DNA of 64,000 nt from Heptranchias perlo (GCF_035084215.1 NC_090336.1:36766001-36830000), one strand, 5' to 3'. Numbered from the stretch's first letter, positions 48,441 through 63,299 are shown. Made by a program: numbers and translations. Notes: generated by a model from the sequence alone, not told the origin.

Positions 48441-51400
48441 TTTTTTTTATTTGTTCATGGGATGTGGGCGTCGCTGGCAAGACCAGCATTTATTCCCCAT
48501 CCCTAATTGCCCTTGAGAAGATGGTGGTGAACCGTCTCCTTGAACCGCTGCATTCAGTGTGGTGACGGTTCTCCCACAGTGCTGTTAGGAAGGGAGTTCC
48601 AGAATTTTGACCCAGCGACGATGAAGGAACGGTGATATATTTCCAAGTTGGGATGGTGTGTGACTTGGAGGGGAACATGCAGGTGGTGTTGTCCCCACGT
48701 GCCTGCTGCAGTGCATCCTGTGGATGGTACACACTGCAGCCACAATGCGCCAATGGTGAAGGGGGTGAATGTTTAGAGTGGTGGATGGGGTGCCAATCAA
48801 GCGGGCTGCTTTGTCCTGGATGGTGTCGAGCTTCTTGAGTGTTGTTGGAGCTGCACTCATCCAGGTAAGTGGAGAGTATTCCATCACACTCCTGGACTTG
48901 TGCCTTGTAGATGGTTGAAAGGCTTTGAGGAGTCAGGAGGTGAGTCAATCGCCGCAGAATGCCCAGCATCTCACTTGCTCTTGTAGCCACAGTATTTACA
49001 TGGCTGGTCCAGTTAAGTTTCTGGTCAATGGTGACACCCAGGATGTTGATGGTGGGCGATTCAGCGATAGTAATGCCATTGAATGTCAAGCGGAGGTGGT
49101 TAGACTCTCTCTTGTTGGAGATGGTCATTGCCTGGCGCGAATTCAACTTACCTGGATGTTGTCCAGGTCTTGCTGCATGCAAGCATGGACTGCTTCATTA
49201 TCTGAGGGGTTGCGAATGGAACTGAACACTATGCAATCATCAGCAAACATCCCCGTTTCTGACCTTATGATGGAGGGATGGTCATTGATGAAGCAGCTGA
49301 AGATGGTTGGGCCTAGGACACTGCCCTGAGGAACATCTGCAGCAATGTCCTGGGGCTGAGATGATTGCCCTCCAACAACCACTACCATCTTCCTTTGTGC
49401 TAGGTATGACTCCAGCCACTGGAGAGTTTTCCCCAATTACCATTGACTTCAATTTTACTAGGGCTCCTTGGTGCCACACTCGGTCAAATGCTGCCTGGAA
49501 TTCAGCGCTTTTGTCCATGTTTGGACCAAGGCTGTAATGAGGTCTGGAGCAGAGTGGTCCTGGCGGAACCAAACTGAGCATCGGTGAACAGGTTATTGGT
49601 GAGTAAGTGCCGCTTGATAGCACTGTCGACGACACCTTCCATCACTTTGCTGATGATTGAGAGCAGGCTGATGGGGTGGCAATTGGCCGGATTGGATTTG
49701 TCCGGCTTTTTGTGGACAGGACATAACTGGGCAATTTTCCACATTGTCGGGTAGATGCCAGTGTTGTAGCTGTACTGGAACAGTTTGGCTAGAGGCGCGG
49801 CTAGTTCTGGAGCACAAGTCTTCAGCACTACAGCTGGGATGTTGTCGGGGCCCATAGCCTTTGCTGTATCTGGTGCACTCAGCCGTTTCTTTATATCACA
49901 TGGAGTGAATTGAATTGGCTGAAGACTGGCTTCTGTGATGGTGGGGATATCGGGAGGAGGCCGAGATGGATCATCCACTCGGCACTTCTGGCTGAAGATG
50001 GTTGCAAATGCTTCAGCCTTGACTTTTGCACTCATGTGCTGGACTCTGCCATCATTGAGGATGGGGATGTTTACAGATCCTCCTCCTTTCGTTAGTTGTT
50101 TAATTGTCCACCACCATCCACGACTGGATGTGGCAGGACTGCAGAGCTTTGATCTGGTTGTGGAATCGCCTAGCTCTGTCTATAGCATTTTGCTTCCGCT
50201 GTTTAGTATGCATGTAGTCCTGAGTTGTAGCTTCACCAGGTTGGCACCTCATTTTTAGGTACGCCTGGTGCTGCTCCTGGCATGCTCTTCTACACTCCTC
50301 ATTGAACCAGGGTTGATCCCCTGGCTTGTTGGTAATGGTAGAGTGAGGAATATGCTGGGCCATGAGGTTACAGATTGTGCTGGAATACAATTCTGCTGCT
50401 GCTGATGGCCCACAGCGGCTCATGAATGCCCAGTTTTGAGCTGCTAGATCTGTTCCAAATCTATCCCATTTAGCACGGTGATAGTGTCACACAACACGTT
50501 GGATAGTGTCCTCAGTGCAAAGACGGGACTTCATCTCCACGAGGACTGTGCGGTGGTCACTCCTACTAATACTGTCATGGACAGATGCGTTTGCGACAGG
50601 TAGATTGGTGAGTACGAGGTTAAGTAGGTTTTTCCCCCGTGTTGGTTCGCTCACCACCTGCCGCAGGCCCAGTCTGGCAGCTATGTCCTTCAGGACTCGA
50701 CCAGCTCGGTCAGTAGTGGTGCCACCGAGCCACTCTTGAAGTCCCCCACCCCAGAGTACAGTCTGTGCCCTTGCTTCCTCCCAGTGGTGCTCAACACGGA
50801 GGAGGAGTGATTCATCAGCTGAGGGAGGACGGTAGGTGGTAATCAGCAGGAGGTTTCCTTGCTCACGTTTGACCTGATGCCATAAGATTTCATGGAGTCC
50901 GGAGTCAATGTTGAGGACTCCCAGGGCCACTCCCTCCTGACTATATATCACTGTAGTGCCACCTCTGGTTGGTCTGTCCTGCCAGTGGGACTGGACATAC
51001 CCAGGGATGGTGATGGAAGAGTCTGGGACATTGGCTGAAAGGTATGGTTCTCTGAGTATGGCTATGTCAGGCTGTTGCTTGACTATCCCAATTTTGCCAC
51101 AAGTCCCCAGATGTTGGTGAGGAGGACTCTGCAGGGTCGACTGGGCTTTGTTTGCCTTTGTCGTGTCTGGTGCCTAGTGGTCCAATGCCGGGTGGTCCGT
51201 CTGGTTTTATTGCTATTATGACTTTTTTTAAGCAAGATTTTACAACTGAGTGGCTTGCTAGGCCATTTCAGAGGACAATTAAGAATCAACCACATTGCTG
51301 TGGGTCTGGAGTCACATAGGCCAGACCAGGTAAGGGCGGCAGGTTTCCTTCCCTAAAGGACATCAGTGAACCAGAAGGGTTTTTACGACAATTCGTTAGT

Positions 51401-51570
51401 TTCATGACCACTATTACGGATTCTAGTTTTTTAAAAATTCCAGATTAATTTAATTAAATGAATTTAAATTCCCCAGCTACCGTGGCGGGATTTAAACTCA
51501 TGACTCCGGATTATTAGTCCAGGCCTCTGGATTACTAGTCCAGTAACATAACCACTATGCTACCGTACCC
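48441..51570 (-). mobile_element. Single-ORF APE+RT LINE (CR1/L2/Jockey group) with tRNA-like 5' head and A-rich tail; near full length, mutated
   Basis: TNIWGL, YRPPS, SDH, CAPELA.PL, PISLLS, VPQGSVLGP, MFADD; head tagcatagtgg / gagtttaaatccc; possible TSD actctga (48433-48439, 51580-51586). Confidence 0.9.
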
Positions 51571-54500
51571 GAACCACTGACTCTGAACCACTTCGGTTTT
51601 CCCAGTTTATAACTTGCTTGTTTTCGCATACCATTCCAATCTCCACATGGAGCTATCCTATCTTTTCAACATCTTGAATTAATTACAGCTGAAATGTGTT
51701 AATATGATGTCATTTCCAGTGCAGTCATTGCTCTTGCGAAGTTCTGGTGCAGTCATTATGACTGCTGTGCACAGTGCAAGCAGATTACAAAAAATCACTT
51801 CACAACGGCAATGACAACATTGATCATTTCTAAATCTTTATGCTTTACCTTTTGTAATCCTGTCTAAACAGCAAGTGCAGGATCTTTCCAAATATAGAAG
51901 CACAGAAAATCTCAAGGCCAGAAAAGACCAGAGGTATATCTAGACCACTCTCCTGCTATCCTAGCAATTGTAACTAATGATATGTTTTTGTTCAAGATAC
52001 TTGTCTAATATGAGATCTAGAAGAGATCTGAGCCTTATAACCTCCCTTGGTAAGCTGTTCCAAAAAACAGCCACTCTCTCAGTAAACTAATGCTTTCTTA
52101 CCTCCCACTTGAAACTAACCCGTCTCAGGTTATGCGCAGGTTCCCTTGCACTGATAACCTGTATCAAATCAAATATCCAGACTGATACTGTATGTACTTG
52201 AGCCTTACTAGTTTAAATACCACCATTATATGCCCCCTCAGTCTTCCCTTCTTCAATGAGAAGAGTCTCAGTTCTGTAAGTCTATCTTCATACGCTTTAT
52301 TCTCCAGTTGCCTCATAATTCTCGTTGCTCTTTGCACTTTTTCCAGTTTAACTACATCTTTCCTGTACTGAAAGTTCCAGAACTGAACACAATACTTCCA
52401 GGTGTAGCCTACCTAATGCTCTATACAACGTTAAGAACACAAACTTTAATTGATACACAATTCTCTCTATGGAACTGAACAACCCAAAATTGCTTTCAAT
52501 ACCAGAAGACCATTTCTTGTCTGTAATTCCAGCAGGTTCGTGTCTGTGTTTTTATCCTCACTGTTCTGTGAAGCATCTTGGGATGTTTTTCCATTTGAAA
52601 GGAATATTATAAATGCAAATTGCTGTTGTTGTAGTCACTTTCAATTTAAGGTATTTGAATTGAATTAATTTTATAATACAGAAGGACAAATAACTGGACA
52701 CTTCTATACATTAAGCTTCTAATTCATTGCATATTATTTTATGTGTCCTTATTAATAAATAGCTATTTTCATTCAATTTAATGCAAAACTACATGTTCAG
52801 TACAGCAGACTTGCAACTATTCACATGTTTATTAAAACTAAATTATCCTATTTATAAAAAAATGCAATAGATGTATTAACAAATACATTCACTGAACACA
52901 TTTTGATTTTTGGCAACAATGAACAAATGTCTGAGGAGAAATTAATAAAAGATAGATATTAAAATGTCAGCTTATTTGGCTCATTATTGTTTGTGTTCAG
53001 CCTGGGGGAAAAACTGTAAATAAAATTACAGTAACAGTGTCAACTTATGACAAAAAAAAAATCAATATATCTTGCAAAAAGCATGGATTAATCCCCTAAC
53101 AGGCTAACCAACAATAATTGCTGGAGTTTATAACTGCAACATATTAGTTAATTTTGCAATATTTCTGTAACATGCCCATCAGAGCACACTGGTGATTTCC
53201 CTTTAATATTCCAAATTTTGAATAGGAGGTCTATCCTGTACCATCAGCTCAACTATGATAATATTGACTGTATAAGGAGTGTGAGGAAACCTAGTAACGT
53301 AGATTACAACATATGCATGTACTGTACAGTAAATTATAGTGGTTGGAAAAAATAGCTCATAAGTTTAATTATGATTTTAGGAAACAGTTTGTCCGTTCCT
53401 TAAAACAAGCACTGATATACTTGTAGAAGACGATGCAGAAGTTAAAAATGTAAGCAGGGTTTCTGAGGTCGAGTTAGTTCCAACCTGACAGACCTAGCCA
53501 TGGGAGTTTGGAACTGTATCAATCCTCCATGGCACACTATCTGAGACAAGTCTGCAGTACTCTGTAGTCCTGTTCGTTACTAAGCAGCCAGCTTGGCTCA
53601 CTGTTATAATGTGAAGAAGTACACTCGTCACTGGAGTTGGGATTATAACTCTGCAAACCGATGTCCCAACAGATAGGGTAAGCCTACCTGGTCAAGCAGT
53701 AGAAAGCTTACCAGAGCTCTGTGCTGATAAGATGCGCGGTTTTAGCCTTGTAAATCCCGGCAGTGCCCCATCACATATTTGGTGTCCAGTTTGACCCAGA
53801 GGTGGTTACATAGCTCTAGCAGAGTAAACTTTCATTCACTACAGGGGCCCTTACCAGCTAATGTGATTCACAACACAAGCTTTTGGGAAAGCTATTTTGT
53901 AACTACTTTCTGCAATAAACTCAGCTGGGCTGAATGTTGTCCCAGTGATTTGATAAATAAAAACGGAGGTCCAGATACCCAAGCAGTGTACAGACTTTCA
54001 GATTCTGACTTAAGAAAAAGACTTTAAATAATGCCTGATCACATTTTTCATACACAGCTCACATAAAATGTATTGCTTTAAAGTGCAGTGATTATTTATA
54101 GGCAAATGCAGTAGTTCTTAATGCGCATTGCAAAATCCCATAATCAACAAGTATCCTGGCCAATATTTATCCCTCAACCAATACCCAAAACAGATTATCT
54201 GGTCAGTTATTTCATTGCTGTTTGTGGGATCTTGCTGTGCGCAGACTGACTGCTCCATTTCCTATATTACAACAGTGACTGCACTTCAAAAGTACTTCAA
54301 TGGCTGTAAAGCGCTTTGAGACATCCCGAGGTCATGAAAGGCGCTATATAGATGCAAGTCTTTCTTTAAGTGAGATGACTATGAACTTATTCTGTTTTCT
54401 GGTGATGGCAGTGGAGCAAGGAATTCTGGTCAGGATTCAAGATGACCTCCTTATTCTTCAAATAGTGCTATAGGGTCTTTAATATCCACCTGAACAAGTA

Positions 54501-54864
54501 CGCAGGGCCTCAATCTAAAATCTCATCTGATGGATGGCACCATCAATAATGCAGCTCTCACTCATGCTGACTGTACGAACAGCTATTATCATAATCAACT
54601 GATATTACAGATTCAACAAATGCTCAGTTCTACTGTGCTCACCAGCACTGAATTCAAACTTTATGTTTTAAAAGCAGTGTTGGTAAGAAGCTGGAGCTAA
54701 GCAAGTGCTGACTGTATGATCAACTGTGTTAGCAACTGGTTTGAAACTTCTTTTATTGTTGGCCAAACTGAGAGAGGTAGAATACCGACACTGTAAAACA
54801 TGCTGTTGAAACCTGAAGTATTCTGCACACCTCTTACCATGAATACAACCACCACTACATGAAA

Positions 54865-55330
54865 AAACTTGCACTTAGATAGCACTTTTAATATAGAAAA
54901 ACATCTCAATGCATCTCAAGAGAGGCATGAGAAAAAATAGGCAATGAGTCAAAGGAGGAACAATTCGGAAGGATGAGTAAAAGCTTGGTCAAAGAGGTGG
55001 ATTTAAGGACGAGAGGGAGGTGGAGAGGCAGAGGGGATTAAGGATGGAATTCCAGAGGATAGGTCTTAAGCAGCTGAAGGCGCCGTCGCCAGTAAAGGGG
55101 CAAAGGCAGAGGAGTGTGTGCACAAGAGGCTGGAGTCAGAGGAACAGAGACTTGAGAGGAGTTGTGAGGCTGGAGGAAGATCCAGGGATAGTGAGGAATG
55201 AGGCAATGGAAGGATTTAAACGCAAGAATGAGAATTTTAAATTTTGAGGTGTTAGGAGATCGAGAGCCAATGTCGGTCAATGATGTGATGAGCGAGCACG
55301 TCTTGGTGTAGGATAGGATACAGGCAATAG
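54865..55330 (-). mobile_element. L2 3' fragment
   Basis: FKILILAFKSFH; aacttgcacttagatagcactttt tail. Confidence 0.75.
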
Positions 55331-57470
55331 AGTTATGGATGAGCTGATGGATGTTATTCCAAAATCTTTCAAGAGCATTTGCATAGCATAAATAATTTAA
55401 TCAAATGTCTACATATCGTCGGAGTTTATTTTGTTTTAGTTATACTTCAACATAATTTCAAATTATAGAGACGAAATTGAACAGAACTATATACATTCGG
55501 GTAAAATGTTGCTCAGAAAACGTAATTGAAGTAACGATTTAGTAGCTCTGATGCGGCTCCTGGGTAATAATCTTGGAACCTGTATAGTACTTAACTGGAT
55601 CTTTCTTTAGAAAATGCAATCAAAATTAAAATAAAAAACACAAATAAATCAAATCTGTTGCTGTCATTACACAATATCTATCCATAGTGCAGTGCATAGA
55701 AATAGGAATTTTTCATCATCATTAGCCACGCATTTCCATTAACTTTGATGAGATGAACGGCAACTGATTTTTTACAATATTGAAAATACATCTAGAGCAA
55801 AACACATTGAAAAAAAAAATCAAAATTATTTAGAATCTAAGTTCTATTAATAACTACTCAAAACTAGAATGTGCAGAACAAAATAGAATTCAAATTCACA
55901 TATCTTGAGGCCTCAGTGAAATATATGATCAAACTGCTGTGGCAACACAATGTCACCCTTTTGATTAAATGACACTTAGCCAATTGGACATTTAAGCCAA
56001 TCAACATGGTTACAGGCACATGATGCTTTTTCAGTGTGGTACTATGAATCAGTGCCACATTCCTACATAGTTATCGAGACATAATACGATATGGATCTTA
56101 GAATAAATTTTTTAAAAACTTACTGCAGATAAAACATCAAAGGTGCAAAGTAAAGAAAAAAAACTTGCTTCTTTGGGTTATCATAGTTGCAAGTGTATGT
56201 TTCATTTTAACAGGCTAGTTAAGGCCTTATGTTCTCACAAAAGGTTTAAACCAAAACGTTAACCCATTTTTTCTCTTTACAGATGCTGATAGATCTGCTT
56301 TGTACTTATTTTTACAACAGTTAATACTTTGTGCGTCTTAAACTCTTGCAAAGTCCTGTCTTTGGGACTGTAACTGCATATATTTCAACATAAAAGGGAA
56401 GTTCAGTGTAGTGTCAAATTATTAAGACACAAAAATTAAAAATATTAACCAGCACATGCATCTACCATCTAGATTATTTAAAATAATCTGTGATTGGAAT
56501 ATCCAAGATTTACAATAATATTTTTTATTGAAACCATTGTTTGTCCAATAATTGACATTTAGAATACATTTATTAGTACAATTGAAACTTCTTGGCTCAA
56601 CACACCTCTTAAGATGTTCCAGCTTGGTATCAAATTGCTTGCTGATCGATAATGTGAAGTGGATCCTCAATCCACTTCATACACATCTTTACATAGCAGC
56701 AACCTTCTCTAAACATTCATTACCTAAAAAAATGTCAAGAGAACAACCTCCCTGCACCACTTTCCTCTTTTCACACTTCTGTCTGTTGCCAGTCTCTGTA
56801 GTGCAGTCCATCACTTAGCTACTTTAGGAGGCGGATGCTGTTTCTACAGGATAACGTACATTGTAAGACACCTTGCAAATTACTACTCTACTTGCTTTGA
56901 AAATGACAAATTCATACAGAAAAAATATGGTTTCAAGACCCCCATCTAGCACTTGATTTAATTTGATGGAATGGGTTCACTCTGTTGACTTGTATACTAA
57001 AACAAGTAGTACTTAAATAGAACTGAGCTGGCTTATCAAATAAAGCCTATATTTATAAGAATGTTTAAATAACATATATATTGCATGTAGCTTACCTGTG
57101 TTAAAGCATCAGACACAATGCAGCAACAACAGCAGAATTAAACAACAGAATTTAAACAATAGCAAAATTTAATGGGGAAAGACAGACATTGCAATGTGGT
57201 AATTTCATGAGAGGTTACCTAAAAGAATCACCTAGTACAGAGGCTCAAACTTTTTTTGCTGAGCCCCCGTCCCCCCATCAGAGATTCATGTCCTATGCAT
57301 GCCCCTTCTTTCCAAGAAACAGTATTTTTGTGTAATTAATGTTAGTGTACATATAGCTGGAAACCCAGAATACTTTAGCAATTTTGTCACTTCAGCAGTT
57401 TTAATTCTGCCCCTTTACACTTCTGGGTTTTAATACAAAGTCCAATCATATCATTAGAACTCACTGGATG

Positions 57471-57574
57471 GGAAATTCCTCTGATCTGCTCCCACTTCAG
57501 TGGCGTTACTTTGCCGGAATGCAGCAGAAGCAAAGTAACGCCAGCGAAGCGAGAGCCTATCCAAGGAATTTTCC
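57471..57574. repeat. 104-bp imperfect palindrome (MITE-like)
   Basis: ggaaattcct...aggaattttcc ends; perfect inner 14-bp stem tggcgttactttgc/gcaaagtaacgcca. Confidence 0.75.
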
Positions 57575-60500
57575 GGCCAGCATGACAGAGTAAGCATCTT
57601 CACTGAAAAGAAAACTGCAAGCCTCTTCTCTCTTCAGGTTGGGAATGCAAGCCTAGTGCAGGATGAACAATCCACTGCAGACAGAACTAGAATGGGCCTA
57701 CAGTCAGTTTGTTTGGGGGTGAAACAGGGAGTAATGAATCATTGGGTTAATTTGGGAGGTAAAATATGTCTGATTTTTTATTGTGCAAACATTGAGGCCC
57801 AGGAGAACAGATGCCATTATTACTTTATTTCTCAATTTAAGATTATGCCAATCAAGCAGCAACATGAAATCCAAGCTGGGCAAAATAAACTTTCCACAAA
57901 GATGCAGAGTAATTTTTGAGGCCAAGGCAAGTTTTTAAAAGGAGGGCTGTTTATCTATTCCCTCGAAACATCCCAGGGACCCAAGGGCAAAAAAAATGGA
58001 TGTTCCACAGAACTCAGAGCAGGGAACATTTCAAAAGATGTTTAAAGCAGAGTGGGGGGAGGCTGCTATTTATTTATTTATGACAACGGGGACTCCAGGG
58101 CTCATGAGCTTTCCCAAAAAGAAATTTATGCTGCGGAGGTATAGACCAGAAGGTAAACAACTTTTTAAAAACTGAATAAAACACACTTAAAGTGAGTAGT
58201 GCCCACTGAAAATACAGTACCTCCAAAGTGGAACTGTTTGCAGAGAATGACTGAGTTTTGGAGACAGCAGGTTTGGGAATCAGCCTGAGAGTTGAGAGGA
58301 GGGCTACAGCGCCACTAATGGCGTAAATATGTATTGCACGCATTACCTGTTCATGAGCTGCAGCTGGCATCCTTAGTGTGTTAGCGAGTTTACATTTTCT
58401 CTCCTTTTCTCTTCTCTTGCTCCCCCCCCCCCCCCCCCGCAAAGGTTCTATGTAAAACAAATTAGTCTAAATCCAGCTCCTAGCCAGCACAGACCCACAA
58501 TGCAAAATTATGACTAATTCAGTACAAATTGTCAATGTTAGACCCACAAGAACAATTTAGTGTAGCAAAGAGAAAAATTTATACTGATGCAATAAGAGGT
58601 GCTCTTCAAACACTGCGCTTCAAGCATTTTGATGATCATGGTAGACAGAGCTTTAGTCTGCACTTGGTCACATTACTGGCTTGGGAATGCTTGACTCTGG
58701 CAAAAAATCCAAAGCTTGTATAGCAAACTGTATTGTAAATAAAAATAAAACTTGTTCCCAGCCCAACAATTCTGGAACCTCAACAAGGGACAGTGGCAGA
58801 GTACTACAATACTTGCTTCAAATCTTCAAAATCAATATATTCTATCCTTTTAATATGAACTTTTAGATCAGCCAGTATATTGTGAACTCAAAATGAAACT
58901 GTTAGCTATTTTCTGAAAGAAATTCTTTTGTCTTAGAAAGGTGACAGCACGGAAGGAGGCCATTCGGCCAATCGAGTCCGAATCTTTGTGTGGGAGGAAA
59001 CAAAACAATACGCAAATTTGTGTAAAGATAACCACTAGTTTTAAGAGTAGGTAGCCAGCCGGTTCCCCAAAAAGATGTTAATTGTCTGTATTTATAAATT
59101 AGTTGCATCAGAAATTACCTCAAAGTTTTTGAGATGTTACGGCAATGCAGACTTGCAGCTTAAATCTGTGTCAAACTATCTGAGTAGAATCAAGGTATTT
59201 GATAGTATCAAGTGTCAGAAATAATCAAAATTCATTAAATACCAGAAACCTGACTTTTTTAAAAATTAGATTAGTCTGAAAGCTGAAATTGCCTCGTGTA
59301 AAAAGATCGCTTTGACTTCAGGTGTCAAAAGCTGCCTTAGAGTAGTATAATTGTGGATGACTCTCGCTATCCTGAAGTTCATTTGCTTGAACTATTAGTT
59401 TCATGCTGCGACAGTATGGTGGGACTGTTACTATCTTCAAAAATTCAGTTGAAATATTCTGAAAAGGACCAAGGTTTGTTTGAATGTTTAAAGCATTGTG
59501 TAAGTAAAGTATTATACTGATTTATTTACTGCATTACTTTTGCTTCTGTGCAATTATATATCTTGTATATAAACTTGATTACTAGTTTTAGCCTAAGCAA
59601 TACAGTGAGACTGGGTGTTTTAAGCCTTTCAGAATGGAGTGGAGAGCATGATGGCCAGCCCATGCTATCTCCAGAACAAAATATTGCAGTAAAAGGATAC
59701 TAATCAATCCTGTGGCACATTACACCAATTTACAGCATACATAAAGTGTAAGTGCTCGATCATAGGAGACGCGGGTCTGCCTATGGAAACTCGACTTTGC
59801 TGTGAACACAAATGCAGTTTAGGAAACTGCCCAAATTGTAGCTGGCAAATCTCAATGTTCTTCTGGGAAGACAAGAGGCTGCAAATATATCTCAAACACC
59901 TGCAGTTCCCTCAGCTAAAATGGGGCTCCGACTCAGTTGTCTCAAACACAATTGGTTGGTCTGACTCTGTGGGATCATGGCTGGGAATCTTACCACCCAA
60001 CATAACCTGTCATTGAGCATGGAAAACTGATTCTGACTGCCAAATCCCCAACACAGCCTACTCCACAATGTCCAAATGCAGTCCATAAGTACCCCATTAT
60101 AGCATCAGCCTGAAGGATGGTTTTTACCTCCCTGAAGATCTGTGTCATCTGTCCTCTCCCTAATATGGAAAAATTGGGAAATGTCAGGACCATTTGCCTA
60201 GGGAAGATTCTGACTCTGGCATGAGCATATCACCAGTTTAGGCCATGAAGACCACGATATCTAACATCAAGCTGGCAACTGTGCCTCATCCACCATGACC
60301 TAGCCACTGCCTCCAAATTAGATACTGACTCTAGGATCAGGCATTATTCCATAAACTCCACTGATTGGCAACTCCCCATCACATCGCTATTTTGCGCATC
60401 ATATTACAGACAGCCTCAAGCGAGCCTACAAGCAAGACTAAGGGTTCTAGATTGCAGAGGAGGAGTGCCAAAGTACAGAATTAAAAGCAAAATGTCCCCA

Positions 60501-61184
60501 GCATGTGCAAAGCCATGGCAGCAATCCCAATGTATTCTCTTTCAGGTATCATGAGATGAAACTGCAAAACTATGTCACAAAATACATGCATGTAAATTTT
60601 TATTTAAAATGTTTTTTTTTATTCAAGTGGAAAAAGGGTTTGATCCCCATCTCTTGTGTCACATCTCAATGAGTATAAAAACTGTAATTACTCAAAATGT
60701 AAGTGCCCAATAAAATTCCAGTGTACTCTGCTCTACAACAGTGTCTGAGGTCCATAAACATTTCAGATTATATCATGTTGACATCCATTAATGAGCACTG
60801 GCAGAATGCCATTCTCTGTCCAGTAATAGGAATGTGTTTTAGGAACAATTTGTAAAATTTCCTCGATCTTTGAGACGATGCAGAAAGAAACAAAATGAGC
60901 AAATGGATAAATAATAACTTACATTTATTTGGAATTTTAATGTAGTAAAATGTCCCAAGGCACTTACCATGTAGGTATATGTTGGACCCTATTAAAACAT
61001 TTTTCCAGAAAAATTAACAGATCTTCAATCATGGGCAAAAGCCCAATATTTCTCCAACCATTACTAAATAGGTCTTACCATTAACCAACCTAAATGTTGA
61101 CCCTTTTTTTGCACACAAGTTTATATAGCACATAATGGCATTTTTGCGCCTAGTATTGTTACTAATTTTGGGCTGCACTAGTTA

Positions 61185-63135
61185 TTCAACAACAACTTGC
61201 CATTAATACAGAAAAACATTCCAAGGGGCTTCACAGAGTCGTAATCAGACAGAAAAGGCCATTGAGCCAAAGGAGGACATATCAGAAGGGGTGAGAGGTG
61301 GGTTTTATGGAGGCTTTAAAAAAGGAGGTAGAGAGGCAGATGGGTTCAGAGAGGGAATTCCAGAGAGTGGGACCTAGTTGGCTGAAGGCACAGCTGCCAA
61401 TGGTTGGAGAAGGTTGAGAGGAAGAGGGAAGAGTTAGACAAACAGACAGTTCTGTGAGGTGGGAGGGGAAGGGGGTTTAAGGCTAGAGATGGTTAGAGAG
61501 ATAGGGAAGGGCAAGGCCATGAAGGGATTTTAAGCCGAGGATAACAAGGGAACATAAAAAGAGAGTAGGCCATTCAACCCCGCAAGTCTGTTCTGTCATT
61601 CAATCAGATCATGGCTGATCTGTACCTCAACTCCATTTACCTGCTTTTCATCTATATCCCTTGATATCCTTCCGTAACAAAAATGTATTGATCTCAGTCT
61701 TGAAAATTTCAACTGACCCAGCAACCAGAGTTGGGGGGGGGGGGGGGGTGGGGAGGAAAGAGTATTTTGGATTTCCACTACCCTTTATGTGAATTTTAAA
61801 TTGAGGGCGCTGAGGGACAAAGGACCTGTCAGCAAGGTCAGAAGTGGTGTGTGAGCGGGATATGGTGCAGGATAGGATGTGGGCAGCAGTGATTTGGATA
61901 AGCAGAGGTTTAAGGAGGGTAGGGGATGGCCAGGAGAACATCGGAATAGTCTAATCTGGAGGTGACAAAAGCATGGATGGGCTGAGGCCGAGATGAAAAT
62001 AGTCAGTCTTTGTGATGGAGAGGATATGAAGTCGGAAGCTCAGCTCAGGATTCATAGGATGTCAAGGTTGCGAACAGTCTGGTTCAACCTGAGATAGTGG
62101 CCAGGGAGAGGGGTGGGATCAGTGGCAAGAGTACAGAGTTTGTGGCAGGGACCAAAGACGATGGTTTCGGTCTTCCCAATGTTTAACTGGAGGAAACTGA
62201 GGCTCATCCAAGAATGGATGGCAGACAAGCAGTCTGACAATACAAAGGCAGTAGAGAGGTTGAGAGAGGTAGTGGAGAGATAGAGCTGGATTTTGTCAGC
62301 TTACATGTGAAAGCTGACTCAATTTCTTTGGGTGATGTGGATGAGGGGCCATGAGAAAGAGAAGGGGGCAAAGGATAGATGCTTGGAGGGCTCCAGAGGC
62401 AAAGGTGCAGGGGTGGGAAGAGAAGCCATTGCTGAAGCTGCTCCAACTACGATTTGATAGGTAGGAGTGGAAGCAAGCGAGGACAGTCCCACTGAGCTGG
62501 ACAACTGAGAAAAGGCGCTGGAGGAGGATGGTTTGGACAAACATGTCAAAGGCTTCAGACAGGAGGAAAAATGCACCATGCTCACCGTCACAGATGATGT
62601 AATTTGTGACTTTGATTAGGGCTGTTTCAATGCTATGACAGGGGCAGAAACCTGATTGGAGAGATTCAAACCTGGAGATGTGGGAAAGATGGGCACAGAT
62701 TTGGAAGGTGTCAACATGTTCAAGGATTTTGGAGAAGGGAGGATGAAGATGGGCAGTAGTTTTCAAGGACAGAGGTGGGTTTTTTGAGGAGCGGTGATGA
62801 TGATTGTTTTGAAAGGAGGGGAACTGTACCCGAGGAGAGGAAACCATTTACAATGTCAACTCGCATGCGGGTTAAGAAGGGAAAATGACTGATCAGCATT
62901 TTAATGGGAATGGGCTGAGAGAGTGTGTAAAGGGAGATAGGAAAGAGAAGGATGTGGGATCAGTGCTAGGATGGGGGGTAGCTTGGGGGGAGACTTGGCT
63001 TGGCAGGCAAGGGGAAGTGGGGGAAGCAGCAGAGGCAGCTGAACAAATGGTCCCAATCTAAGAGACAAAGTCGTCCATAACATCCTCACATTTGTTGTTA
63101 GAGATGAGAGAGTAGCGGAGAGGAGCTTAAGAAGA
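61185..63135 (-). mobile_element. L2 LINE (RT to 3' end) with nested CR1 3' end (~61550-61790)
   Basis: FESLQSGFCPCHSIETALIKVTN, LSDCLSAIHSWMSLSFLQLNIGKTE. Confidence 0.88.
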
Positions 63136-63139
63136 GTTG

Positions 63140-63213
63140 ATGTGACTCCAGACCCACAGCATTGTGGTTGATTCTTAATCGCCCTCTGAAAAGGCCTAGC
63201 AAGCCACTCAGTT
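63140..63213 (+). mobile_element. Short fragment of the 5' region of the tRNA-headed LINE family
   Basis: tgtgactccagacccacagca...gattcttaat...ctctgaaa.ggcctagcaagccactcagttg is the reverse complement of ~51243-51316. Confidence 0.75.
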
Positions 63214-63299
63214 GAGAATAGAACCCAGGGGTTATCTTTGTCTCCGGGATCATCCAAAAGTAGTGGGCAGGCTGGGTCAGAGTCACCAGTTATTCCTTT

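Noticed and set aside
57090-57170. Strong minus-strand splice donor (CAG|GTAAGC) as an extra SBF2 exon
   Set aside because: No SBF2-like peptide upstream and no convincing acceptor; cannot be supported without RNA data.
59640-60480. Possible ancient Harbinger transposase remnant
   Set aside because: Only vague resemblance; no diagnostic motif recoverable in any frame.
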